Source: an uncultured Methanoregulaceae archaeon
Lineage (GTDB): Archaea > Halobacteriota > Methanomicrobia > Methanomicrobiales > Methanospirillaceae
Direction: 5' to 3'
NCBI GenBank assembly: GCA_963717525.1
Contig: OY970343.1
Coordinates: forward strand, 1,824,001 to 1,888,000
DNA: 64,000 bases
The position numbers and the translations under genes were made by a program. The notes under the pieces are model-generated. The model saw nothing but the letters and a program-made list of their open reading frames with translations, was not told where the DNA came from and did not search any database. Below, one piece after another: positions 19,421 through 29,387 of the stretch. Positions within the stretch are counted from its first letter, which is position 1, and each line of letters begins with the position of its first letter.

Positions 19421-22400
19421 TTATTTCGTCGTTTCCTCCACGACGGCAATCTCATCCACTGTAAGCCCGTAGATCCCGTACACAAGCGAGTCGATCTGCT
19501 TGTCGGTGGAGTCGATCTCCTGCTGGATCAGCCGCTTTTCCTGATCGGTCTTTGCATGGCTCAGGTGTTTGTGCAGATCCAGCATACCGGTCACGAGCGC
19601 AACCATCCGGTCGTGCCGGGCTTTATCATCCGGGTTGTCGAAGTCGATAGTGTAGATGGGGAAATTTTTCAGCACAACGTACGCCGGCATGAAAAAGCCT
19701 GCCTGAAGTTTGGGCAAATTCGTTTCAAATAAGAAGTACGTCAATTTGCTGTTTAAAACACCTAATAAATATTTGTCAGCCTTTGGAATTATGAAACATT
19801 TGTTATTAGCATAGAATTTTGACTCATCCAGCGTAAATTCGGGTTTTTGACAAATCTCAGGATAGATTATTTTTGGTTTTTCAAATTCTTCATAATAATC
19901 AATTGTATCCTGAATTTCATACCATTCGTACAATCCCGGTTTTCGCCCTTTCCAATCCTCCCCTTTCCAATCTTTTGGTCGAGGAGTTAATTTTATTTTA
20001 AATTGCTTAAGATAATTCACGATTGCTGGATATTTTTTTATTTCAACTCCATGTTTGGTGAAAATTAAAAATTTCCCGTCATTTGTTAAGGGTCTGTACC
20101 GTTTAATATCTCTTCCAACTAAGTATGGTTTAATTAAATCTGCAGAGTTTGGATCTTCACTAATCAATTTCTGTTTAATTTTTTCATCAATAACAAATGC
20201 CTCGTTACAACCAGTGACAATTCCCCGGTAAACTTCTCCCATCACATACTCTTCGAGTGGCGTCCCCGCGCTCTTCAGTTTCTTCAGCAGACTCTCCGTC
20301 CGTTTGTCCCCGAGTGTCCAGCCGCCGTCCGTGAGTGTTGCCTGCTCAATCGGGTGGCGGTGCGCCTGCACGTATCCCGCAAGATCCGGGAAGTCAAGCG
20401 TTTCCACCTTGGATATGCAGAATTCTTTTGCCGGCGTGTTGTTCGAGACCCGGATGATGCACGGGTATGTTGTCGCAGCCTTGAAGACCGGCAGGTCGCC
20501 GAAGTCCACGATCTCCTCAATCTGTTTTGACAGGAGGAACTTCCGGAGCGGCTTCCCGTAATTCGCCCGCATCCACTTGTTCGCCACGATGTACGAGAAA
20601 ATGCCACCGGGGCGCAGGAGCGAGATGCCTTTCTCGATGAAATACGCGTACAGGTCAGCGGTTCCCTGGTAGACCGCATAGCGCGACTGGTAGTACTCTT
20701 TCTGATCTTTGATCGATTCCTGCCTGACGTAGGGGGGGTTGCCGATCACTGCATCGAAACCGCCTGCCTTCATCACGAGCGGAAATTCTGCCTGCCAGTC
20801 AAACGCATTGACCCGTTTGCGCTCCTCCATGTTGAACGGGTGCGCCTGCCTGAGATCGAAGTAATCCGGTGCAACGAGCGAGTTGCCGCACCTGATGTTA
20901 TGGTGCAGGGAGGGCAGCGCCCGCTCCGCAAAGAGCTTCAGTTGCTTCGAGACATTCTCCTCGCTCTCTTCCTCAAGTACTTTCAGGAGAAGCGAGAGTT
21001 TCGTCACTTCGACTGCCTGTGGATCGATATCCACGCCGTAGATATTGTGCAGGAGGATGCGCTTGCGTTCCGCTGTGGTCAGCCGCCAGTCGCTCCGCAT
21101 CTTCGAGGGGTCGCTTGTCCCGACCTTATAGATCGGCAATTCGTATGCGCCCTCTTTTTTTGCTTTGCCGGAGGCGACCGGATCCGGCAGGAGCGCCTGA
21201 ACTTCCGGAGCGGCAGCCGTCCGGCCCTTGAGCACCGGCACGAGATGCTCGATATACCAGTCGCGGTGCCGGTCGAGCAGGAACTGGTAGGCACCGAGCA
21301 GGAACGAACCGGATCCGCACGCGGGATCCACGATGGTGAGCTTTGCCACTTCCCGGGGGGTCTTCCCTTTCACCAGTTCGCCCACGGTCTTTTTGACAAT
21401 ATAGTCCACGATATACGCAGGCGTGTAGTAGACACCGCCGGCCTTGCGCACCGCCGGCTTGTCCTCCACATCGGCCCGGTGGGATGCAGAGAGTCTGATC
21501 ACCTTCCCGAGGAACTGCTCGTATACCTGCCCGAGGATCTCGGCTGGGATCACCGAGAACTCGTACGGGCTCGGATAATAGAGCCGGTTGATGATCGCCT
21601 TTAAGACCGAATCGTCGATGACAAGGGATGGCGTGAGCGTATCGGGAATCTCGTCACGCCCGGCCTCCTCTGCAAAATGGAAAAGCCCGGAGTTATACTT
21701 GTCATCAGCGAGCCGGAACAGGTCACAGACCCGGGCATACACCGCTTCAGTATGGGACAGGGCATGCAGGGTCTCGTAATGCTCGATCCCCCGGTCCTCG
21801 CAGATACGCAAAAAAATGATCCGGTCTATAATCAGCTGGACGGCAGTGTTCACCTCTTCCTGCGAAAGCCCGATATTGCGCAATGCGATGTTACGGGCAA
21901 GCAGCAGCCTCCAGTTCTCGATATCCTCCAGGAATTTTTCATCGACGCCGGCAGTCCCGTGTTTCTCACCATTCGTTGCAACGTATTTGTCAAACGAACC
22001 TTTCTGGATACCTTCCGGGGAAAAAACCGCAGCGATCCGATCCCATCGTTTCTCGTATTCCGTGTAGGGGAAATAGGCAATCCGTGCTGTTGCAGCCGTA
22101 TCCTCTTTTCGGAGGGGAACATTGCAGTCATAGACTGCGAACTCCTCGAAGTTTGTCAGGATGGAAAGTTTCAACCCGGCATTCCATGCGTAGCGACGCA
22201 GCTGGAGCGCCGCATCCAGATCATCTTTAAGGGCAACGGCAGGCTTTTTTGCCTCGCAGATGAACTTCCGGGCCCCGCCAACCCGGAACGAGTAATCGAT
22301 ATGTTTCGTCTGCCCACGGATGCGGATGGGATCTTCATGGGCCACCTCTTTGTAGGCTTCCGACCAGCTCTTGTTATTATCTACGTCCCAGCCAAGAGCA

Positions 22401-22522
22401 CGGAAGAAAGGATCGAGGAATTCACGCCGCAATTCAGTCTCGTTCTTCTGTCCCTTGTGATAGACCGGACGGTTGAACTCATACCGCTGGACAAGATCAA
22501 GAACCGCCTGTGGTGCCGGCAT
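19421..22522 (-). CDS. Type IIG (Eco57I/TaqI-C-like) restriction-modification enzyme
   Basis: N-terminal nuclease ID...EAKK; MTase motifs GVYYTP, DPACGSG, GNPPY; C-terminal specificity domain. Confidence 0.92.
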   Translation of the reverse strand: MPAPQAVLDLVQRYEFNRPVYHKGQKNETELRREFLDPFFRALGWDVDNNKSWSEAYKEVAHEDPIRIRGQTKHIDYSFRVGGARKFICEAKKPAVALKDDLDAALQLRRYAWNAGLKLSILTNFEEFAVYDCNVPLRKEDTAATARIAYFPYTEYEKRWDRIAAVFSPEGIQKGSFDKYVATNGEKHGTAGVDEKFLEDIENWRLLLARNIALRNIGLSQEEVNTAVQLIIDRIIFLRICEDRGIEHYETLHALSHTEAVYARVCDLFRLADDKYNSGLFHFAEEAGRDEIPDTLTPSLVIDDSVLKAIINRLYYPSPYEFSVIPAEILGQVYEQFLGKVIRLSASHRADVEDKPAVRKAGGVYYTPAYIVDYIVKKTVGELVKGKTPREVAKLTIVDPACGSGSFLLGAYQFLLDRHRDWYIEHLVPVLKGRTAAAPEVQALLPDPVASGKAKKEGAYELPIYKVGTSDPSKMRSDWRLTTAERKRILLHNIYGVDIDPQAVEVTKLSLLLKVLEEESEENVSKQLKLFAERALPSLHHNIRCGNSLVAPDYFDLRQAHPFNMEERKRVNAFDWQAEFPLVMKAGGFDAVIGNPPYVRQESIKDQKEYYQSRYAVYQGTADLYAYFIEKGISLLRPGGIFSYIVANKWMRANYGKPLRKFLLSKQIEEIVDFGDLPVFKAATTYPCIIRVSNNTPAKEFCISKVETLDFPDLAGYVQAHRHPIEQATLTDGGWTLGDKRTESLLKKLKSAGTPLEEYVMGEVYRGIVTGCNEAFVIDEKIKQKLISEDPNSADLIKPYLVGRDIKRYRPLTNDGKFLIFTKHGVEIKKYPAIVNYLKQFKIKLTPRPKDWKGEDWKGRKPGLYEWYEIQDTIDYYEEFEKPKIIYPEICQKPEFTLDESKFYANNKCFIIPKADKYLLGVLNSKLTYFLFETNLPKLQAGFFMPAYVVLKNFPIYTIDFDNPDDKARHDRMVALVTGMLDLHKHLSHAKTDQEKRLIQQEIDSTDKQIDSLVYGIYGLTVDEIAVVEETTK

Positions 22523-22672
22523 TACAAAAGACGCCTCACGTAGAGTAGAATAAGCAGGCGTATCAGCATCTAGTTTTCGATGACAGAAACATGGTCACTT
22601 TTGATCAATCCTACAGGTTTATTGCCAGCGATGGGCATTCACTCTTAAGTGAGATGTGCACGGGTGCTCCTG

Positions 22673-25318
22673 ATGATATCTGTCCTCTACGTCGATGATG
22701 AACCCGGACTGCTGGAGATTGGCAGGATCTTTCTTGAACGGGGCGGGCAGTTTTCCGTCGACATTGTTACCTCTGCCCCGGCCGCACTTACCCTGCTCAC
22801 AACTAAGAACTACGATGCCATTGTCTCTGACTACCAGATGCCGGGCATGGACGGAATAGAATTTTTGAAGAATGTCAGGAACTCGGGAAATACCATCCCA
22901 TTTATTCTTTTCACCGGGCGGGGACGTGAAGAGATTGTCATACAGGCCATAAACTCGGGTGCTGACTTCTACCTCCAGAAAGGTGGGGAACCGGTGGCAC
23001 AGTTTGCAGAACTTACTCATAAAATAAAAATTGCCGTCGAGCGGAAACGTGCCGATAACGCGCTGAAACAGAACGAGTACCGGCTTAAGACACTCGTATC
23101 TTTTTACCAGATGACCTCTGGTCCGTTAAAAGACATGATGATCTTTGCCGTAGAACAGGCGGTGGAAATCACTGCAAGCTCGATAGGGTATCTCGCATTT
23201 GTGTCTGATGATGAGTCCCTTCTTACCATGTACGCCTGGTCTTCACTGGCGATGAAGGAATGTTACATCTGCGAAAAACCCATAGAATACCCCCTTAACA
23301 CAACCGGGTTATGGGGAGAAGCAGTCCGGCAGCGCCGCCCCATAATTACCAACGATTATGCCGCAGAAAACCCGCTTAAAAAAGGATACCCCAAAGGACA
23401 TGTTCCCATCATACGGCACATGAATATCCCGGTTTTTGACGGTACCCGTATCGTCATGGTTGCCGGTGTAGGAAACAAAACTTCAGACTATGATGACGTG
23501 GATGTACATGAACTCTCCGTCCTGATGAACGGTCTGTGGAATGTCATTAAAGAACGGAGGGCAGAAGAGGAACTCGTTAAGAGAAACGAGGAACTCCGGG
23601 TTGCTTATGTGCAGATCGCCGCGAGCGAGGAGGAACTCCGTTCACAGTATGAACAGCTTGCACAGAGTGAACGGCAAATCAGGGAGAGCGAGGGAAAATA
23701 CCGCACTCTTGTGGAAAATGTCATTGACATCATTTATCGGGCAGATAGTGAAGGTACAATAATCTTTGTGACTCCCTCCATCCTTCCTTTGATAGGTTAC
23801 GATAATATTGACGAGATAATTGGTCATCCTATTACCTCATTCTGGGCCGACCCGGAAAAGCGTGATGACCTGATTGCCAGAATGAAAGAAAAAGGTTTTG
23901 TGAAAGATTATGAAGTTATCATCCTGAAGCGGGATGGTACCGGGATTCCCGTCTCAATAAGCAGCCATTTCTATTATGATGATACCGGGCGCATTGTTGG
24001 GGTAGAAGGGATTATCCACGATATCACTGACCGTAAAAAGGCGGAGGAGGAGCTGCGCAAGAGCGAGGAACGGTACAGGAACGTGGTTGAGGATCAGTCC
24101 GAATTCATCTCCCGGTTCTTGCCGGATGGCACCCATGTCTTTGTCAATGAAGCATATTGCCGTTATTTCGGTTTGAAACGCGAAGAGATCCTCGGGCACC
24201 GGTTCCGGCCAAAGATCCCTACCGACGACCAGGAGCGCTTGAAACAGTTTTTTGCATCCTTAACCCCGGATCACCCTGTCGATAACATCGAGCACCGGAT
24301 AATTATGCCGGATGGCAACATACGATGGCAGCGATGGAGTGACCGTGCGATATTCGCACCTTCCGGAACAATTGCCGAATATCAGTCAGTAGGTCAGGAC
24401 ATTACCGAACGCAAGCTGGCTGAGAACCAGATCCGGTCGGCTTTTGAACAGCTGACCGCTTCGGAGGAGGAACTCAAAAGACAGTACGATGCCCTGACCG
24501 AGAGCGAACGGGCACTCCGATTAAGTGAGAACCGGCTGCTGATGGCACAGGATATCGGTCATATCGGCTACTGGGAATATTCCTTTGAGACCGGCAAAAT
24601 CTGGGGTTCCGCGGAGTCGCTCCATATCTACGGGTTTCCTTCCGTTTCCGGGTCTTACCCCATCGCTGATATCGAAGCATGTGTCGAGGATCGCGAACGG
24701 GTTCAGCAGGCATTTGCTGACTTCATTACCGGCAGGAAGGAGTACGATATTAAGATTACTGTCAACCCCCATGATGGATCTTCCCAAAGAGTTGTCCATT
24801 CCATCGCACGACTCGAAAAAGATGCAAAAGGTAACCCGTTCAGGGTCGTTGGTGTAATCCAGGATATCACCGAACGCAAACAGATGGAAATCGCAGCCCG
24901 GGAGAGTGAGGAGAAATACCGGTCAAGCATTGATGCTTTTCCCGATGTCATCAGTGTCGTAGACAGGGAGTTTAAGGTAATCCTTGCCAATACCAGCCTC
25001 CTTACGTGGCTCCGTCGTCTGGGACAGAGTGACGATATTATCGGAAAACCGATCCTAGAGGCATTCCCCTTCCTCTCACCCTCCGTTCTCGATGAATATC
25101 GCACCGTCTTTTTGAAAGGGACAATCATGGTCACCGAAGAATCTTCACCAGTAGGCGATGCGGAGATCGTAACAGAGACCCGGAAGATCCCAATCAAGGC
25201 GCATGGCGACGTTGTTGCCGTTATCGCCGTAATCAGGGATATAACAGAGCACAAGCAGGGAGAGGAGTTCACACAAAAAACGCCACACCAGCTCAGCACC
25301 CTGCCATCGAAGAGATGA
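22673..25318 (+). CDS. Receiver-GAF-multi-PAS signalling protein lacking a kinase domain
   Basis: VDDEP..SDYQMP..FTG..QKG receiver; GAF; four PAS/PAC units ending DIT(D/E)xK; no HisKA/HATPase. Confidence 0.88.
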   Translation: MISVLYVDDEPGLLEIGRIFLERGGQFSVDIVTSAPAALTLLTTKNYDAIVSDYQMPGMDGIEFLKNVRNSGNTIPFILFTGRGREEIVIQAINSGADFYLQKGGEPVAQFAELTHKIKIAVERKRADNALKQNEYRLKTLVSFYQMTSGPLKDMMIFAVEQAVEITASSIGYLAFVSDDESLLTMYAWSSLAMKECYICEKPIEYPLNTTGLWGEAVRQRRPIITNDYAAENPLKKGYPKGHVPIIRHMNIPVFDGTRIVMVAGVGNKTSDYDDVDVHELSVLMNGLWNVIKERRAEEELVKRNEELRVAYVQIAASEEELRSQYEQLAQSERQIRESEGKYRTLVENVIDIIYRADSEGTIIFVTPSILPLIGYDNIDEIIGHPITSFWADPEKRDDLIARMKEKGFVKDYEVIILKRDGTGIPVSISSHFYYDDTGRIVGVEGIIHDITDRKKAEEELRKSEERYRNVVEDQSEFISRFLPDGTHVFVNEAYCRYFGLKREEILGHRFRPKIPTDDQERLKQFFASLTPDHPVDNIEHRIIMPDGNIRWQRWSDRAIFAPSGTIAEYQSVGQDITERKLAENQIRSAFEQLTASEEELKRQYDALTESERALRLSENRLLMAQDIGHIGYWEYSFETGKIWGSAESLHIYGFPSVSGSYPIADIEACVEDRERVQQAFADFITGRKEYDIKITVNPHDGSSQRVVHSIARLEKDAKGNPFRVVGVIQDITERKQMEIAARESEEKYRSSIDAFPDVISVVDREFKVILANTSLLTWLRRLGQSDDIIGKPILEAFPFLSPSVLDEYRTVFLKGTIMVTEESSPVGDAEIVTETRKIPIKAHGDVVAVIAVIRDITEHKQGEEFTQKTPHQLSTLPSKR

Positions 25319-25607
25319 CCGGCGTTCAGGCAGCGGAGATGCTGGGAACACGGGATCACGTGTACACAATCCCGGTCTTAGAAAAACGGCACTCGATCCT
25401 GATCTACCTGATCCTCCAGCCTGATATGGACATTACCGGACGATATCCACATATCTCCCACGAATGTGAAATCCTGATCGCCAAGACGATCTTACTCCGC
25501 CGGAATGGAGCTCAGGTTACGATCAGGAGAGGGCGGGACCGCTTTACAACCGGTACGGCGGGATTGACGGTGCGATCGAATCAATCCGGGATATCACGGA
25601 ACGCTGA
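25303..25607 (+). pseudogene. Degenerate PAS-domain remnant
   Basis: AIEEMTGVQAAEMLG... then, in another frame, PLYNRYGGIDGAIESIRDITER*. Confidence 0.65.
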
Positions 25608-25687
25608 CGGGCGGCAGGTCTGCCCGCTACCGCCAACAATACCTTCCCTCAGTGCGGTCAAATACGTATTTGCTAAAAAGAGGGAAA

Positions 25688-26350
25688 CTATGCGCCCTTG
25701 ATCCCTTTTCCTTTCTTCATCCCACGGAGGATTTTGGCAAAGACCGAGACCAGCGCCAGCAGCGAGACCCCGATGATCGCGTACGTGATGAGTGCAAAGT
25801 TCGCCTGGACGATCGGGAGGTTGCCCACGAAATAGCCGGCGAGCAGGAACAGGGACGCCCAGAGGATCCCGCCAAGGACATTATACCCGATAAACCACGT
25901 GTACCGCATCTTCCCGACCCCGGCCAAAAACGGGGCAAAGGTCCTTATAACGGGCATGAACCGCGCGATGACGATGGTGAAACCGCCGTACTTTTCAAAA
26001 TACTGGTGGGTCTCGTCGAGGTGCTCTTTTTTTACAAAAGAGTATTTCCATTCGAGCACCTTCATCTCGAAGGTATAGCCGATCCAGTAATTGAGCGTGT
26101 CGCCAAGCACGCACGCGAGGATCAGGGTCGCTAAAAGGATGCGGATATCCAGCATCCCGGCACCCGCGAGCGCTCCTGCAACAAAGAGCATGGAATCGCC
26201 CGGCAGGAACGCTGTGAGCACAATACCGCATTCGCAGAAGAGGATCAAAAAGAGGATCACGTACGTCCACAGCCCGTACTGCTGGAGAATTACCGGCAGG
26301 TACTTGTCAAAATGGAGTACCAGGTCGAGAATATTGAACGGGAGAACCAT
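25688..26350 (-). CDS. DedA/VTT-family membrane protein
   Basis: FLPGDSMLF, LGD..NY..G and ARFMPVIRTFAPF motifs. Confidence 0.92.
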   Translation of the reverse strand: MVLPFNILDLVLHFDKYLPVILQQYGLWTYVILFLILFCECGIVLTAFLPGDSMLFVAGALAGAGMLDIRILLATLILACVLGDTLNYWIGYTFEMKVLEWKYSFVKKEHLDETHQYFEKYGGFTIVIARFMPVIRTFAPFLAGVGKMRYTWFIGYNVLGGILWASLFLLAGYFVGNLPIVQANFALITYAIIGVSLLALVSVFAKILRGMKKGKGIKGA

Positions 26351-26573
26351 CGTACCGGATCATTGAACCGGGTCCGATAAATGGCTTGGGGAAAGCACCG
26401 TAATTTCATATCGAAAAAAGCCACCCAGGTATCGTCACCGTGGAGAAACGCCCCTTTTTGCTGTCCGCATGTCCGGGCAGGCATCCAATGATGAAAATCC
26501 TTCGGCCATACTGAAACACAGTTATCAGCCCGGAGCGCCAATACCTTAGCAGCAAAAAGTAAGGAAATAAGCG

Positions 26574-27513
26574 ATGAAACACCAGTGCGATGAACCGGTC
26601 ACCCAGATGCACCTGAAACCGGCCATGACGGTCGGCGAACTGGTTGCTGCCATGGGAAAAGCCGGGGCATACAACGGCGGCTCGCTCTGCCATGCGGCAG
26701 AGATCTACGAGCAGATGCTGCGGGATGCGGACGCGACAAAATTCTTCGGGCTTGCCGGTGCGATGGTGCCGGCCGGCATGGGCGGGATCGTCTCCGATCT
26801 CATCAAAGACGGCCATATCGATATCCTCGTCTCGACCGGCGCAAACCTCACGCACGATATCATCGAGGCTATTGGCTGCCACCACTTCCACGGCACCGCC
26901 TTCTGCAACGACATCGAACTCCGCCACGATGAGATCAACCGGATCTACGATGTCTACCTCCCCAACGAAGCCTTCGAGCACTTCGAGGAGTTCATGCAGG
27001 GCGTGTTTGGCGAACTGAAAGCGGGCAGCACCATCTCAATCTCCGGCCTGCTGCAGCACATCGGTTCGCACCTGAAAACCGGCATCCTTGCCACCGCCGC
27101 ACAAAAGGGGATCCCGGTCTACTGCCCGGCCGTGCAGGACTCGATGGTCGGCCTCCAGGTACTGGCTCTTTTCGCAGACAAACACGGTGACCGTGGACGC
27201 GTTTGCCGACATGCCGGTACTCCTTGACACCTGCTTTGCAACCAAAAAAGCCGGCGCCTTACTCGTGGGCGGGGGCGTACCGAAAAATTTCATCCTCCAG
27301 AGCATGCTGATGACCCCGAACGGATTCAATTACGCAGTCCAACTGACCGGCGACCGCCCGGACCTTGGTGGCCTCTCGGGTGCAACTCTTGATGAAGCCC
27401 GGTCATGGGGCAAGATCACCGAGGAGGCGCGGGCCGTGACTGTATATGGCGATGCCACGATCACGCTGCCGATCCTTGTTGCGGCCGTGATGGAGCGGTT
27501 GTCCCATGCCTGA
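26574..27513 (+). CDS. dys: Deoxyhypusine synthase, apparent +1 frameshift at ~27159
   Basis: STGANLTHD and CPAVQDS in ORF1; GGGVPKN and GGLSGATLDEARSWGK in ORF2. Confidence 0.9.
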
Positions 27514-28153
27514 ACTTATCCTTGCCCTTGACGTGACGGAAAAGAAGAGGGCACTTGAGATCGCTCATGCCTGCACCCCGCACCTCGATGCGATCAAGGT
27601 CGGTTACCCGCTCGTACTCTCTGCCGGCCTCTCCATCGCGGGAGACCTTAAAAAAGCCGGCCTTCCGCTCATCGCCGACTTCAAGGTTGCTGATATCCCC
27701 AACACCAACCAGCTCATCTGCGACCAGGTCTTTGCTGCCGGCTTCTCCGCGATCATCTGCCACGGCTTTCCCGGCATGGACTCGGTGAAGGCCTGTGTCG
27801 CCTCCGCCCGGGCGCACAAGGGACAGTGCTACGTGGTTGCCGAGATGAGCCACCCGGGAGGAAAGGAGTTCTTCTCACAGGGGACGGCAGAGCAGATCGC
27901 AGCAAACGCCGTAATCGCGGGCGCTGATGGCATCATCGCGCCGGCTACCCGGCCGGACCGTGTACAGGTCCTCCGCGGGTTTGTCGGCCACAAAAAGATC
28001 CTCTCCCCGGGGGTCGGGGCGCAGGGAGGGGATGCAGACGCGATCGCCGCACTCGTGGACGGTATTATCGTGGGCCGGTCCATCTACGAAGCCCCTGACC
28101 CGGCGGCAGCAGCGCAGTCCTATGCCCGGGTCCGCAGAGTGCAGAAACGGTAA
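27506..28153 (+). CDS. pyrF: Orotidine-5'-phosphate decarboxylase
   Basis: LALD, DFKVADIPNT, SPGVGAQGG, VGRSIY. Confidence 0.95.
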   Translation: MPELILALDVTEKKRALEIAHACTPHLDAIKVGYPLVLSAGLSIAGDLKKAGLPLIADFKVADIPNTNQLICDQVFAAGFSAIICHGFPGMDSVKACVASARAHKGQCYVVAEMSHPGGKEFFSQGTAEQIAANAVIAGADGIIAPATRPDRVQVLRGFVGHKKILSPGVGAQGGDADAIAALVDGIIVGRSIYEAPDPAAAAQSYARVRRVQKR

Positions 28154-28268
28154 ACAGCCCTTTTTTACGACCCGATCTCTTTTTTGCGCCCCCGTACGTA
28201 CCGCGAATGCAATATTACCTTCAGGGCATGGCCTAAAAGTTTTTTAAGGACTTGTGCGATGTAGTAGT

Positions 28269-28632
28269 ATGGATTGGAGCACAGACCAGAGGAAAATTGC
28301 GGAAAAATACACGAAACTCGAAGATATCCCTGAATCTGAGCGGAAATACAAGTGCCATACCTGCCATCTCATCGTGGACCAGAACCCATGCCCGAACTGC
28401 GGGGAGACCAAGCTCGAGATCATGTGCCCGCTTGACAACTGTCACTGCGCCCACGAGATGATCTCCGGGATAGAGGTACTGCCCGCTCTGCGGCAAGCCT
28501 GTCTGTCCCGAATGCGGCTCACATGACGTTGTCCAGATCAGCCGGGTGACCGGGTACCTGCAGGACGTTTCCGGCTGGAATGCCGGCAAGCAGCAGGAGC
28601 TCAAGGACCGTATGCGGTACTCGGTTGCATAA
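28269..28632 (+). CDS. Small Cys-rich protein with NrdD-type glycyl-radical C-terminus, apparent +1 frameshift at ~28475
   Basis: Corrected frame gives ...[54 protein letters not shown]; 120 aa. Confidence 0.8.
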
Positions 28633-28717
28633 CAAACCCTGTTTTTCCGGATTTTTATCTTTAAGGCACGATCCGTTGAAATAACCTGCCAGATCCATCT
28701 GATAAAAGAGAGCGGAG

Positions 28718-29059
28718 TTAAATGCTGCATAACAGCGTGGATAACCCCGTACTAAATGGTGCTTCCTCGTAGTACCTGATCTTTTTCTCGATCATCGCCC
28801 GCTTGAATTGTGCTTCCGTATGCTCCGGGTTGAGTTCCAGGACTTTCTCATATTTTTTTATCGCCTCATCATACCGGCCCATTTCATCCAGACAGTTTCC
28901 CATCGCGTTGTGCGCGTCGCAGAAATGGGGTGCAACGCAGACCGCCATTTTTAAGTACTTCAGTGCGTCCTCTTTCTTTCCGTTTTCCTTAAAATGCAAT
29001 CCCTGCCGGTAGAGATACTGTGCTTCGAGCGTAATACCCGTTGATCCAGATTGTGCCAT
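28718..29059 (-). CDS. TPR-repeat protein
   Basis: DAHNAMGNCLDEMGRYDEAIKKYEKVLELNP TPR consensus. Confidence 0.85.
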   Translation of the reverse strand: MAQSGSTGITLEAQYLYRQGLHFKENGKKEDALKYLKMAVCVAPHFCDAHNAMGNCLDEMGRYDEAIKKYEKVLELNPEHTEAQFKRAMIEKKIRYYEEAPFSTGLSTLLCSI

Positions 29060-29387
29060 TTCTGACTCCTCCCATGAAAAATCTCCACAAGGAAGCATCC
29101 CGGTGGATGATCCCTGCTCTGGATGGGGGGGTCATTAAGAATTTGCACTCGGGTATTGCCATGCATATATGGATCCCAGTGTGCCGGGCAAAACGACAGG
29201 TGAGTTAATCAGGAGACGAAAAATTATTCGTCAATTCTCCAGGATTGTACACCTGTCTCATGGCAGGCATAGGACAGGAGAACCAAAACCTGACGACAGG
29301 ATTTTTTTCTGCCCGGCAGGGAGATTGAGGCATTTATCCCCGCGATGAATAATTTTAATACCTTCGTCTGCCGTTCAACTAACTAGT

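Noticed and set aside
20840..22543. Long plus-strand ORFs opposite the R-M gene, and similar antisense ORFs opposite ths, lon, hisG and hmgA
   Set aside because: Shadow ORFs of GC-rich coding strands with no recognisable motifs.
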